NCBI RefSeq assembly: GCF_001194135.2
Contig: NC_068985.1
Span: 123,380,878-123,444,877, forward strand
Direction: 5' to 3'
Origin: Octopus bimaculoides
Lineage: Eukaryota
DNA: 64,000 bases
This document shows, piece after piece, positions 1 through 13,333 of this stretch. Each line of letters opens with the position of its first letter. Within the stretch, counting starts at the first letter, position 1. The notes below the pieces were generated by a model that saw only the letters and a list, made by a program, of their open reading frames with translations, was not told the origin of the DNA and did not search any database. The position numbers and the translations under genes were made by a program.

Positions 1-589
1 ATGAGTTCAAGTTGAACTCATCCTGAGTAAGCATCCATGGTTAAGTAGACATTTTATTTAAAGAAAAATTACGAGAGATATGGCGGCAGCAATTACTAAA
101 CAAGGATAATAGTTTGTCTAACTTCTCTTTTACTTAACGAATTGTTTTACTGTTCGCATGTGGTTGTTGCGTTGTTGTTGTTTTGTTGTTGTTGCTGTTG
201 TTGTTTTGTTGTTGTTGCTGTTGTTGTTGTTTGACCTCATGTCAGTCCTGGTCGATCAAACCTATTACCATCAAGTCCTTCTTATCCTATGCAAATATGG
301 TGTGATTCAAGATTTAGTTACTATTTCTGGAATATCGAACTGCCACATAGAGGCTCTCTCATGAGCTTTTCTTATTGGATCAGATGTGCATGTATACATG
401 TGTGAGCGCGAGTATATCTGAGTGCGTCTGTATGTCTGCGTGTGAGGCAAAGTCATTTCACTTGCCTTCATTATTACAGTGCAGCCAGCTGCAATAGATT
501 ACATGTTAAGAGTACAAACAGCTGATGCATTATATAATTATGACTTTTCCGTAAACTTGCGGTATTAGTACAGATATTACCATAGATAA

Positions 590-820
590 AGCCTACTATT
601 GACACAAACTAACGAGGGAGCTCCTAAGCAGTCACTCAACCAGCTAGAAATAACATCTACATCTCTCTAAAATTACATCCTGGTCTCTTTAAAAAAGGAC
701 TCATTGAACAAAATAATCAAAGGTACACTATGTCAGGAAAGAACCTAACTGTTCATGTGTGGAATGCTTGTAAATGTAGATCTACGCAGACCAGGTGCTA
801 AACAACAAAAACACCATACT
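590..820 (+). mobile_element. Dispersed repeat family D with (AAC)n tail
   Basis: accagctagaaata...aaaaaagga...aaacaacaa; related pieces at 160-290(-), 21885-21950(-), 26700-26760(-), 41420-41570, 48896-48960(-), 49300-49470. Confidence 0.6.
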
Positions 821-1439
821 ATAAACAGACATCGTATACATGGAAAACGGTGTAGGTTAACAGATTAACGTCTTGAACCCTAAGTTAACCTCAAACTCAA
901 CAGATAATTTTTGTGTAAGTTTGGTGCATAGATAACTTCTGATAATGGCGTCAGATGAAGATAATTTACGACAAAATTAATCAAATATGAAAATTAATTC
1001 TGCTATAGACACAATGCCTTAAGTCTGAGGGAAGGAGACAATTAATGACATCAACCTCAACACCCAACTGATTCTTATTTTATCGGCTCCGAATGGATGA
1101 ACGACACGCTCAACCTCGGCGAAAGTTGAACACTGAACGTAAAGCCAGAAAAGTTGCCGCTCAGCACTTTGTCCGGCATGCTAACGATCTTATCAGCTCA
1201 CCGCCTTTGATCAAATATGAAATGATAAAACGAAATATAGCAATAAATGATAATGTATTATGTAAATTTGTTATGATTAAAGCTATGATTAAAGGCAGGA
1301 AGAATACCAGAAAGAAAGTCTTATAGTATTTAGTTACCTCTATGTACATTCTGAATTCAATTCGTATCAGCGGAAATTGAAAGCATTCAAAGCATTTGTT
1401 AGACAGCTACTAGATAAGTTCTTTGTTAAAGAATGACTG

Positions 1440-2060
1440 CTTTGCTTTGCATTTGCTAATAAACGGCCTGGATGTCTTCAACAGGATTTCATCCCCGTAG
1501 TGTGAATATTGTAAGCAATGCGAGAATTGGCAGCAAATTCAATGGAGAAGTTAGCTTCATGTGAAGGTGTACACCAAGGTTCTGTACTTAACACTGTTCT
1601 ATGCATAACAGTTGTTGAGATGAAAGTACGAGGCGATTATCTTTATAAACAGATCACATGGTGCTCATTACCGAACAGCAACATCAGAATTTTGAAACCT
1701 GGAGTCTTATTTTTGAGATTAAGTTTAAACAACAAAGTAGTGTCTCTCGTAGGAGTAGTTAGTAGATCGTGCGTTCATGAAAATCTAACATGCGCATATG
1801 CGTTGAATGCGGAAAATTTGCAGAAGCTAGATATGTTAAGCTACGTGAATGGCTGGATATTAGATTCGACTGTTTAACGGTGTGCAGCAGAACGGGCTGC
1901 ATTGTTAAGAATAGCTGATGCAAATATATGAATGGAGGGGAATGTGACGATGGAGTGAGAGTTATGGCAGGAGAGTACCAGGAGGTTAATGAAAAGTGAT
2001 GAGGTAGAACAAATCCCGCTTTATAGACGAGAAGATAACGAAGAGATGAGTAGCTATGAG
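1440..2060 (+). mobile_element. Decayed RTE-type LINE RT fragment
   Basis: GVHQGSVL motif in ORF 1518-1877; downstream RTE-like remnants. Confidence 0.6.
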
Positions 2061-3392
2061 CTCTATGACAGACATATCAAACCCATGACAAAACGGAGAT
2101 GATTAAATGAGATTAAAATTTGATTGTACGTGTGTATTTCAGTGTGTACGTGTTCTGCTGTTTCTTTATGTATGTATATGAATGAGAGTGCATGTATGTA
2201 TGTGTAATGTTTGCACCGTAGATTAGTGCTCATAAATAACTTATAGTTGTATATTAACCGCAAATACACAATGTGTGTACCAATGCCTTATCGAAAATTT
2301 CTATCAGTAACCTTGTCTTCATTGTGTCACTCATACTTCCTGTGCTGGTCATTCGAGAAAAGCGATATATGTGTGTATTTCAGTGTGCTTACCTGTGTAT
2401 ATGAGTATATGAGTGTATGCCTGTGCCTGTGTGTGCATGTGTGTGTGTTCATATATACGTTCAGATATAAATACTAATGTTTTGAAGCAGTAATAAAATG
2501 TTGTGGTGATGTATACTTGGAAACTGAAGAATCTGCCATTTCCATTCAGTTTACTTACTCAGATAAGCTATCAATTAACGATTTACTCGATATTATATGA
2601 CCAGCGCCTGCTAAAATGCTAAAGAAAGAAAACGAACAATATGGCTGGTGAAAACAAGAAATAATAAAAGAATACACAGTGTTTACGCTTCCCCTCTAAT
2701 TGATGTATGTGGCATTTCTGTTAGCAAGAAGAAAATCAATAAAAGCGTTTTGTGGCTACAAATGATGAAGGAAAGGATAAGCTAATAAATTTCTTATTGC
2801 CATTGTTTTGTAGGAAAATTTTACTGCTTAGTCAAGGAAGGATGAGAAATGCTCATGATTTTCAAGTTTTTTATCTTTTCCTTGATTAGAAAATAGATAG
2901 AAGGGAAATATCCTCAAACCGGAGACTAACAACAGAGTGAACTCTAGAAAAGATACCTAAGTATTAGATAGTGGTGGGTAAACCGGGATACGAATTAAGT
3001 CTACCATCCAAGAACTCGGAACACAAAAAGCCGGAATAAATACTGCTCCAGAATTTTTGTCTGTCTGCTTAGCTTGGCAGGTAATTTATTTCATCGGTCC
3101 CAAAAGAAAGAGTTCACCTCAGTGGGATTTGAACTCAGAGAGCAGACAGCTGAACAAATACCATTAGATATTTAGTCTCACTCTCTAACGACTGTCACAT
3201 CATTTGTAGGTTTTTTAACAGATTTATGATATGAAGTAAAGATCGTGGATGGTCTCGTCGACTGGATATTGAACAGCTAAAACAGTAATTGATGGTTCGT
3301 ATCATATTATTGGTGATGCGTTGTCTTTTTGGCCAAGCACTTAACCTTCATAGAACAAGTTCTACATATCACTGTGTTCATTGACTAAACTG

Positions 3393-3443
<51 letters not shown>

Positions 3444-3959
3444 ATATACTTTATTATTAAAGCTGCAAAAGCATCACATAATGGTATTAAACCGGGCCAT
3501 GAATTACATCTTTCAAATACACCAGGACGAGATTTGAAATAGAAGAGAGGTTTAGACAATGAAGGGATTGTTAAGGATGATATTACAAAGAATAAGTGCA
3601 GCACCTCAACAATCGTAACAATCAAATAACAACACAATATATACCTCAGACATTGAACAACTGGAAAACACAACCAACTGAATAAATAGCAAATTTCTGG
3701 TTAAAATATTTAACAGTCATACAAAGTGCTTATGAAAACGTAAGGCTTAGGATTTTCGGGGTATTGAATTCGCGATCATTAGGTTGTATGTTCGATTTTC
3801 GAAACAAATGCAGAATTGTATTCTTGAGCAAAAGACTTCATTTCATATCACTTCAGCCAACTCAACTGAAAATGAATACCAGTAGTATTCTGGGGTTTAT
3901 TCCTGTGACGGATTGACGTCCCGTTTAGAGGAGATTCTTCAACTCTTTGTACTTAAACA

Positions 3960-4280
3960 TCACAAAACCGGTTAAGCTCTGATTTAATGGGTTTGTTGGC
4001 TCAAAACAGACTTTAACTAAAATATTTAATGCTTTATTGAAAGATCCAGGAATAATATCTGAATTATTCACAGCGGATAAAACAATCTTAATCTCCAATA
4101 CTACAAATATAACTAGAAAACCCAAAAACCCATACCTTGCCCTTCTACACTATACAAAAGACCACATGGTAAGCATCAACTCGCTACCAGAACAGAATAT
4201 TCTGAAAAACTCGTATGGCCAGAAGGATCAATTTCTGTTTAAAAAAGCTGTCATCAGACTGTAAAAGGAGGTAAAAAAAA
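3960..4280 (+). mobile_element. Decayed R4/Dong-like RT fragment
   Basis: ELFTADKTILISNTTNITRKPKN resembles W.T.G.T.LLPK....PKNYRPI; similar to 19010-19352. Confidence 0.55.
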
Positions 4281-4359
4281 TTAGTATAGCGAATATTGGA
4301 TGTCTTTTGACAATATTCCTCACATGTGGACTGTGGAAGCATTTGCATAAGGCAGCACT

Positions 4360-4563
4360 TTTTTTCTACTCTAGACACTAGGCCCGAAATTTAGGGGGAG
4401 GGGCCAGTCGATTAGATCAACCCCAGTACGCAACTAGTACTTAATTTATCGACCCAGAAAGGTTGAAAGGCAAAGTCGACCTCGGCGGAATTTGAACTCA
4501 GACAGACGAAATACCGCTAAGCAGTTTGCCCAGCGTGCTAACGTTTCTGCCAGTTCGCCGTCT
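4360..4563 (-). mobile_element. SINE family A (representative young copy)
   Basis: ggcgaactggcagaaacgttagc...gagttcaaattcc (B box)...ggtcgataaattaagtac. Other copies at ~1000-1207, 3040-3200, 11190-11375, 14055-14230, 21700-21870, 26590-26690, 32590-32800, 37320-37430, 37610-37820, 42915-43132, 56100-56495, 59880-60065. Confidence 0.85.
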
Positions 4564-4627
4564 AAAAGCATTGATAACAAGCAGGTACATCAAGCATACT
4601 CAGAATGAATGTCAAGCAATTCCTCAA

Positions 4628-4632
<5 letters not shown>

Positions 4633-4720
<88 letters not shown>
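4633..4720. repeat. (GA)n microsatellite
   Basis: Direct reading. Confidence 0.98.
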
Positions 4721-5357
4721 AATATGAAAAAGATGTTCATTCCTATCAAAAGAGAAATATTTCCAATGTTTCTGATACTCTCTTCATTTCTCAATTCATA
4801 CTTTTCTGCTTGACGTCAACAAACATGCTAAAGCAGATTGGATTCGAATATAAATGCTGTAGACGTACAATCAGACATCGTTTGTATAGGGTCGACTCCT
4901 AATTTGTACGCTGCAGATGTTTACAAATAGAATCCTTATTACAGACTAAGAAATTTACATCAAATTCGGTTTACAAAAATGTGCCTAGGCAAACTTGTAG
5001 AATGGAAAATTAATAAAATACTAATGGTATCTTGAAAGAAATGCTATAGAAATAGAAATAAGAGAATTATAGCAATAACAGGCTGACAAATACGTAGAAA
5101 ATAATGAACTAGATAGAGCATAATGCAAAAAATGAAATATAAGAGTTTAGGAATGAATATGAAAGATGCACTACTAACTAGTTAACCTTCTCTCTCCCAA
5201 TGGGTCCAATAGCTTCAGTTTTTTTAGTTGCTATTTCCTACTGTTTATATTATTTGATTCTGCTGAATTCTCGTAACTCATATTGTTTTTTACTCTCTTT
5301 TATTTGTCAAATGGAAAATTTTCCGTATGTTTATAAAAGCTACAAAATTTCACCTTA

Positions 5358-7560
5358 TACATTAATTACCGCATGGGTCCATTAGACCCTCGAATTAAAT
5401 TCAGACAATACTCTTGCCATTCTAAACAATATTATTTTCCAAGATATAAAATAGATATATCAGATATAAAATAGATAAAATTGTATTCAATTTACTTGCT
5501 GAATTTTAGATAAAATAGGAAAAATTATGAAAATATTCTTGTAAATTTGTGTGTTATTGCATCACCTTCAATCTGCTAGGTTATAGGGGGATGCAATATT
5601 CCTATGTGATGACACAATTCTTACAATATAGTGCATCATCTTTCAGGAGAGTATAGATATGAGAGAGATCAATATCTGCCTTTAGTCTGCTATCAAGTTT
5701 CATATAGTTCAGTTGTGTTTTTCAATATGCCTAGATTCGAAAACTTGAGTGAAGACCAAATATCGAAAAGGTTATTGGAATTAGATGAAGAATTGGAAGA
5801 AGATAGTAGTGATTCCTTCTATTGCTCTGAAGATGATGGTGAAAGTGATTGTGTGCTGGACAGTTTAGGTTCTGTGTCATCAGATGATGAAGATACTCAA
5901 AAACAATTATCTGCAAGCCACCCAGTTATGCATGAACGAAGCTATATGCTTCTAGAGACAGACAAGAAGTATGGCATTTTAATCATCTTACTCAAGCAGC
6001 AGTAAGAACTTCATCTTGCAGTGTTGTGTGCCAACAATGTGGACCTTCTCCTTTTGATAAAAGGTCTTGCGATAGCATTGAAACATGTTTTACTATCTTT
6101 ATGCGCCAGAATTTTCTTGAAGTAATTCGTAACTGGAAAAATGTTGAAGGCCAGGTTGTTTACAAAGATAAATGGAAGGAAATTGATCACTCTGAACTGA
6201 AGAAATTTTTTGGACTGATTATTCTTATAGGTGTTACAGTTGTGGAGCCAAGAAGATGGCCGCCCAATATTCAACAAAATTATGATCCGGGGAAGTTTTC
6301 AACAGATTTTATTGTGCTTTGATGATGTTAGTGTAAGAAGAAAAAAGAGAAATGATAAATTGGTATTTGAAATGTCGAATCATAATTTGCAAGATGGATA
6401 TGTTCCAAGTTCATGCATGACAGTTGATGAACAATCAGTTTCATTCGGAGGGCGCTGCCCATTCCAGATATTCATTCCTTCAAAACCATGGAAATATGGA
6501 ATTAAAATTTGGGCAATGTGCGAAAGTGAAACATCTCATGCCTGGAAAATGCAAATCTACACTGGAAAAGACCCAGTAAAAGTTAGAGAGACAAGTCAAG
6601 GTTCAGGAGTTGTTGAAGACCTAGTAAAAGAACTTGAAAATACTGGTTGCAATATAATTTGTGATAATTTTTTTACAAGTCTAGGATTGGCTCGAAAGCT
6701 GTTTAGCGAGAAAACTCTTTCAGCTGGAACAATTAGAAAGAAAAGAGTTGAACTTCCAAGTACTTTCACAAATGGATAAAAAAGAGAAATCAACAGCACA
6801 ATATTTGGATTTCAAAAGGATTCTATGATCCTATCTTATTGTCCCAAGGAAAATTATGGAGTCACACTTATGAGTACAATGTACTCTCAGCCTTCAATTG
6901 ATTCAAAAAGGGCTGAAAAGAAATCTGAAGTTATTACATATGTTACAACAAAACAAAAGGAGGAGTAGATACCCTAGATAAGATGGTAAGGATATACACT
7001 TGCAAAAGAATGACTCGAAGATGGCCTATGGTTATATTCTGCAACATGATTGATATAAGTGCAGTGAATGCTTGCAGAGTTTCAAGGATAAAAGAAGACA
7101 GTGCTTAATTCAGTTAGGAAAGGAACATGCTGAAGTGAATGCTAAACAAGAACATGACAAACAATCTTCTAGTTCCGCTAATATTTCTCAACCAAACAAG
7201 AAAAGAAGATGATCTTCAACTTCATTTAAGATTCTTCAGCCAAAGTAAAAAGGAAGATGTTCTTTGTGTGGTCAAAAAAAAAAAAAAAAAAAAAGACAGG
7301 AAAACTCGGACTACATGTAAGAATTGTAATATCCATGTTTGCCAAGAACATTCTAATGTTATTTGCATTCACTGCCATGAAGAGCTGTAATTCTGTACTT
7401 TTGTAATTTTTCTTAATTTATAATATATTCTGTAAGCTATAATTCGTTATTCACCTGATAGCATATATAATGTAGCAAAGAAATAGTAGTAGCATGAATA
7501 AAATTTAATTAAAAGAAAAATATTGGGTCCATTGAACCCAGTTGGTAATTAGTGATGTAC
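5358..7560 (+). mobile_element. piggyBac (PGBD4-like) transposon, near full length, inactivated
   Basis: ATG at 5727 with acidic N-terminus; VDEQ, CDNFFTS and GVDTLD catalytic Asp motifs; Cys-rich C-terminus to 7390; frameshifts and stops. Imperfect TIRs (aattacc...tgggt(c/t)ca(t/a)t(a/g)gaccc) at ~5358-5389 and ~7525-7560. Confidence 0.9.
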
Positions 7561-7564
7561 ATTT

Positions 7565-8572
7565 TCTCACATGATTCTGCTCAGGCCAGTGACCTAATCG
7601 GAATACATACCCTTTCATTAATCCAGTCTTCCTTTCCGGAAATAACAGGGGTCTATATAGGGATGACGCCTTATTTTTTCTAAACAGAAGTAGTAAAATA
7701 CAGTTAGAAAGGCATGGGGAAAATTTCTTTAGACTTTTCAAAAATTTAGGACTAAATATTACTAGAGGTAAAGATTATCGTAGAGTGAATTTTCTTGACG
7801 CTACCTTCCGTCTTGATTCTGGATTATTTGAACCATTTCATAAGCTGAATGATCATATTAAGTACATTAACGTATCATCCAACCATCCACCCTCGATTAT
7901 ACGGGGCCTAGTTAAGAATATTTCTACTAGAATCTCTAGATTATCTGCTAACAATAAACTTTTCGAATTTCATGCATCTTATTATAATGATGTTGTAGCT
8001 AGGGCTGGGTACCGTGATAAAATTCAGTATATACAAGAAGCAGGCATAAGCAACACTGGTAATTCCTACAACTGCGATGCACATCGTATACCATCACAAC
8101 GTTACCGTTTGAGAAATTACTCGGATAAAGAATACAGACCAGAAAGAATTGATTATGTCAATGGACTACCAACGAAAACTCAGACACATGCGATATAGTA
8201 GTTCAACTGCTTGTTCCAATCCTGTACAACACACTCGATCAAATAAACCAAACAATATATATAGGAATCGGGATGTCGGTTGGTTCAACCCAATTTTCGG
8301 TTTGCATGTTTCAACAAGGATCGCTGGAAAATTTTTTGCTGCTTTGGACAAGTATTTTCCTAAATCTAATCGGCATCATGCTATTTTTAATCGTCACACC
8401 ATGAAGGTATCCTACGCCAACTCTGCTAATTTATAGCATCTTATGCATCGCATAAGCTATAGTAAAATGCGACAAAGGTTCAATAACCCACCTACTGGAT
8501 CTAGCAAACATTTGCATCTAAATATCAATCAAGATGTAAACCGCATTGATAAACATCAACTTCGACCAATTT

Positions 8573-8622
<50 letters not shown>

Positions 8623-9130
8623 CATAGTACAGCTAGCACGATAACAACGCCGGTAAATTGAGTCGGGACTGCCTTACATACAAATAAATACGATAAATGC
8701 TCACGCAGAGATAAATCAAAATGTCCTTTGATGAATCTTTGTATGAGTACAAATCTTGTATATAAATGTACCGTCCACAGAAGGGGAGGGCTCTATGTTT
8801 ACATTGGGCAGACGGCTGATTCATTTAAGAATCGTTATCGTAACCATGTTGCCAGCTTTAAGTCAATCAATAAGAGACATTCAGCATCTTTGGCAGATTT
8901 TATATGGCGACTGAAGGAGGGTTAAACGAAGTGCAACATTAATTGGTCCATAGTTAGACATGCAAAACCATACAATATAATTTCCAGGCGATGCCGTCTC
9001 TGCTCCGAGGAATCTCTATCTATTCTGTGGACTAACGAGAAGATACTTAATAGAATTTCTGAATGACTCTCGAGATGCCCACACCCATATAAATGTATTT
9101 TTGCACAATGCAGTGAGAATGAATTTTGAG
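7565..9130 (+). mobile_element. Penelope-like element (RT + GIY-YIG), 5'-truncated, disrupted; probably Naiad-type
   Basis: GLYRDDAL, VNFLDATF, SNHPPSI, WFNP, CPL..C, VYKC..YIGQT..FKNRYRNH, CRLC, CPH motifs across frames. Confidence 0.9.
8575..8621. repeat. (AGT)n inside the Penelope-like linker
   Basis: Direct reading; in frame as poly-Ser. Confidence 0.95.
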
Positions 9131-9713
9131 TAACCGTTAGATTGGTGTAATTTAATTTACTTTAAGGTATGAATTAAGTTTATTTTTAACCTCCCCATTC
9201 TTATAAACACCAAGTAAATAACTAACTCGCTTTGTGATCATGAGTGCACCAAACCTCACGTGTGCCTATGCTCACATTTTGCGGTTGCTTGTATGAGCGA
9301 GTGTACTCGCGTTATGCAGCTTGCCCGAGGGCGTTTTATACATCCATATCTGTTAACGGTTATTTTCAATTCTTTTCTCTCTAGATTACGTGTTCGTTTC
9401 TCTTTTTATCATTTGCAATTTTAGTTTTGATCTTTTATTTTTGATCTATATATATATGAAGATTTCCCCTCCGTCTGGTTGTTTTTCTCTCTACAAAACA
9501 GAAAGTTACATTATGGAACAGCCTGAAAACCTATAACTTAGCAGTTCGGCAAAAGAAGCCAATAGTATAAGTACCAGGCTTACAAAACAAGCAGAAAATA
9601 ATGATAATAAGTACTGAGGTCAATTCATCTGACTAAAAATTCTTCAAGGTGATGCCCCAGCATGACCGCAATCTAATGACTGAAACAAGTAAGAGATAAA
9701 AGATAAACAATTA

Positions 9714-9875
9714 GGCGCAGGAGTGGCTGTGTGGTAAGTAGCTTGCTTACTAACCACATGGTTCCAGGTTCAGTCCCACTGCATGACATATTCAGCAATT
9801 GTCTGCTACCATAGCCTCTGGTCAAGCAACGCCTGGTGAGTGGATTTGGTAGACGGAAACTGAAAGATGTCCGTC

Positions 9876-9909
<34 letters not shown>

Positions 9910-10378
9910 NNNNNNNNNNNNNNNNNNNNNNNNNNNNNNNNNNNNNNNNNNNNNNNNNNNNNNNNNNNNNNNNNNNNNNNNNNNNNNNNNNNNNNNNNNN
10001 NNNNNNNNNNNNNNNNNNNNNNNNNNNNNNNNNNNNNNNNNNNNNNNNNNNNNNNNNNNNNNNNNNNNNNNNNNNNNNNNNNNNNNNNNNNNNNNNNNNN
10101 NNNNNNNNNNNNNNNNNNNNNNNNNNNNNNNNNNNNNNTGTGTGTATGTATGTATGTATGTATGTATTTGTATTCTGTATTTGTCCCGCCGCCACCATCG
10201 CTTGACAACTAACGTTGGTGCGTTTACATTCCCGTAACTTAGCGGTTCGACAAAACAGACCGATAGAATAAGTACTAGACTTACAAAGAATAAGACCTGG
10301 AGTCGATTTGTTCGACTAAAGGCGGTGCTTCAGCATGGCCGCAGTCAAATGACTAAAACAGATAAAAGAGTAAAATAG
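9714..10378 (+). mobile_element. SINE family B (tRNA-like head, CORE-like body, internal microsatellite, LINE-like tail)
   Basis: ggcgcaggagtggctgtgtggtaag...ggttcagtcccact head; tail ggtgctccagcatggccgcag..gactgaaacaagt. Other copies 14898-15364, 23375-23725, 30293-30515, 51560-51925; partial at 39480-39630, 50410-50570, 61560-61700. Confidence 0.85.
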
Positions 10379-10953
10379 AGAATTATAAAATATCCACAGA
10401 AAAGAAATGGAATGAGCATACACTTCAATAGGTCCAAGAATATAACAAAGCGTCCATATTCTGGAAGAAGATAATTCATGCACAAAAAGAGATTAAGGTT
10501 AATCATCCAGATAGTACTGCCAAAGACTATCAGGATAAGGAATGTCTTCTCGATATATCACTTTTGACAAATGATAATATAGCATTTCAGAAAGAAATTC
10601 AGTTTAGATCTAGAGAAATAGAGATAGCCAGAATGTAGAGATTAAAAGACAGAAATGATCCTCCAAACAATAGGAGATATTATAAAATAGAATGCAAACA
10701 ATGACACAACCATCACTCTAGAACTTAGTCCGATATGTATGGATGGAAATAAGTATCAAGCATGTATGTGTGTGTATATGTTTGTGTGCAGTGTGTGTAG
10801 TATGTGTGCACACATGTGTACATGCATATGTGCACACACACACTCACACTCACGCACGCACGCACGCACACACACACACACACACACATGCATACATACT
10901 TATGTGTGCGTGCGTGTGTGTGTGTGTGTGCATGTGAGCGTGTGTGTGCGTGT

Positions 10954-10994
<41 letters not shown>

Positions 10995-11376
10995 ATGTGT
11001 GTGTATGAGCATAAACACACACAAAGCATTAAAGTATCACAATAAGACAGAGGTGCAGTTATGCGTTTTTGTAAAGTAAATTTATTAAGATGCAAAAAAT
11101 AAAAGACATAAAATCAAATCTAAGCACTGGACATAATCCAAAAATAAGATTACTAACGTGATAATAATGATTTCAAATTTTAGCATAAGGCCAGTAATTT
11201 CAGGAAGGGTACAAATCGATTATATCGACCCCAGTGTTCAACTGCTACTTATTTTATCAACCTCCAAAAGGATGAACGGCAAAGTCGACCTCGGTGGCGT
11301 TTGAACTCAGAAAGCAGAAACGGACGAAATACCGCTAAACATTTTGTCCGCCGTACTAACGATTCTGCCAGCTCGA

Positions 11377-11412
11377 ATAATAATAATAATAATAGTAATA
11401 GTAATAATAATG

Positions 11413-11501
<89 letters not shown>
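11377..11501. repeat. (AAT)n microsatellite
   Basis: Direct reading. Confidence 0.98.
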
Positions 11502-11502
<1 letters not shown>

Positions 11503-12305
11503 TAGCGGTGAAAGAATTTGACAATAGAAATTAAAAAAATAGAAATAAAAAAAATGTGGCACCTCAAGGCGACTACCGTACCAGTGATTGTAGGATCTCT
11601 AGGAATGGTAAAAAAAAAGGTACTGAAACCTATTTGAAAATGATACCAGGCTTACCATCCCTGCAGGAAGTGCAAAATATCGTGTTAACTGGAACGACTT
11701 ATGTACTGAGAAGAGCATTATCGCTGTGAAAACAACATCCATTCATGAATTTATCTATTTATTTATTTTTTTTTAAATACATATTTTACCTGTGAATTTG
11801 CGTGTGTAAACTGGGAATGCATACAATGAACTTCTTTGNNNNNNNNNNNNNNNNNNNNNNNNNNNNNNNNNNNNNNNNNNNNNNNNNNNNNNNNNNNNNN
11901 NNNNNNNNNNNNNNNNNNNNNNNNNNNNNNNNNNNNNNNNNNNNNNNNNNNNNNNNNNNNNNNNNNNNNNNNNNNNNNNNNNNNNNNNNNNNNNNNNNNN
12001 NNNNNNNNNNNNNNNNNNNNNNNNNNNNNNNNNNNNNNNNNNNNNNNNNNNNNNNNNNNNNNNNNNNNNNNNNNNNNNNNNNNNNNNNNNNNNNNNNNNN
12101 NNNNNNNNNNNNNNNNNNNNNNNNNNNNNNNNNNNNNNNNNNNNNNNNNNNNNNNNNNNNNNNNNNNNNNNNNNNNNNNNNNNNNNNNNNNNNNNNNNNN
12201 NNNNNNNNNNNNNNNNNNNNNNNNNNNNNNNNNNNNNNNNGAAGAAGAAGAAGAAGAAGAAGAAGAAGAAGAAGAAGAAGAAGAAGAAGAAGAAGAAGAA
12301 GAAGA
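11502..12305 (+). mobile_element. R4/Dong-like LINE 3' end (REL-domain C-terminus, 3' UTR, probable (GAA)n tail across gap)
   Basis: IAVKEFD...MWHLKATTVPVIVGSLGMVKKGTETYLKMIPGLPSLQEVQNIVLTGTTYVLRRALSL*; preceded directly by (AAT)n. Confidence 0.75.
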
Positions 12306-13258
12306 AATTTTTATCGGTTCTAAACAGTTAAACACAGAAGTGTTTGTGTACCCAGATACACAGAAATAATGAAGAAACAAGAAAATTTTAACAATGAAAA
12401 ATTCCTCAGCTGGTGCGAGGCATTCCACAAATTCCACAAAAATACGGTCACCCTGATCTTTTAGGCATGCACCTTCCCCGTTCAGTCCTCATCCTATTTA
12501 AAAAGGCCGGCATAGATCAGGTCTGGTCATTGGTACCATGTTCTCCACGGCCATCTACTTTTCAATGAATTTTCTGGAAGGCAACAGTTCCCTCTCCATC
12601 CTCAGTTTTCTTTACGCGTAACACCTGGAAAGGTTGATGAGAGCTTGTCCAAAGAGGTAAGTACTTCTCTTCAACTCTTTCAGTCTTGTCCACTTTACAA
12701 CTTCTTTCGGTATGGCTATTAAACATATAAAACTGCCCACCTTTCCCTCAGTGCATGTCTGGGCATCAACAATGTCTAGATCTCCATGCAGTGGTATTCA
12801 CAACAAATAGAACACCTGACCAGTTAAATGCGTCCCATACACAAAATGCAGAAATGCAGGTGTTCAAGTCCGGTGAGACGTGAACTAGGGCAGGCCACAA
12901 CGGTCAGGCGGAATATATGACGGAGGCGACATGAGCATTCTGGATGTCTGGAAGAGATTGAAAATGCAGTGCTTTTTTATGTTTATCCCTACTCCCAAGA
13001 GTTTCAATATTCAAGAACTCTATATCTGATTTCCAGTCTCGTATTTCTGGAATCTAACACCAGAACATTCTATTTGTATACCTTTTCCTCTACTTTCTTT
13101 ATAAACAATGTTGGTCGCGGGGGATACATATATATATATCAATTAGGGTATTCATAATATTTATTTTAGTCTTTATTTGGTATGTCTAGTCCGTTCGATT
13201 TTGTTTTCATCTTTTGCAATTTGTTGATACCTCAGAGGATTTCCTCCATCCTTAATGA

Positions 13259-13333
<75 letters not shown>

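Noticed and set aside
9064-9066. TGA as selenocysteine (reported for some Naiad PLEs)
   Set aside because: It is not at a conserved Cys position. The Cys codons I could align in the three PLEs are TGY or otherwise mutated, not TGA, and the elements have other stops.
9287-9320. Hairpin GCGAG-TGTA-CTCGC 3' of the first PLE as a hammerhead
   Set aside because: The position is suggestive, but both core boxes are absent (TGTATGA, GTTAT).
9806-12437. ORF-track entries rich in X, YI, CV, HT, poly-N/I/L/E/R (here and throughout)
   Set aside because: Artefacts of N gaps and microsatellites.
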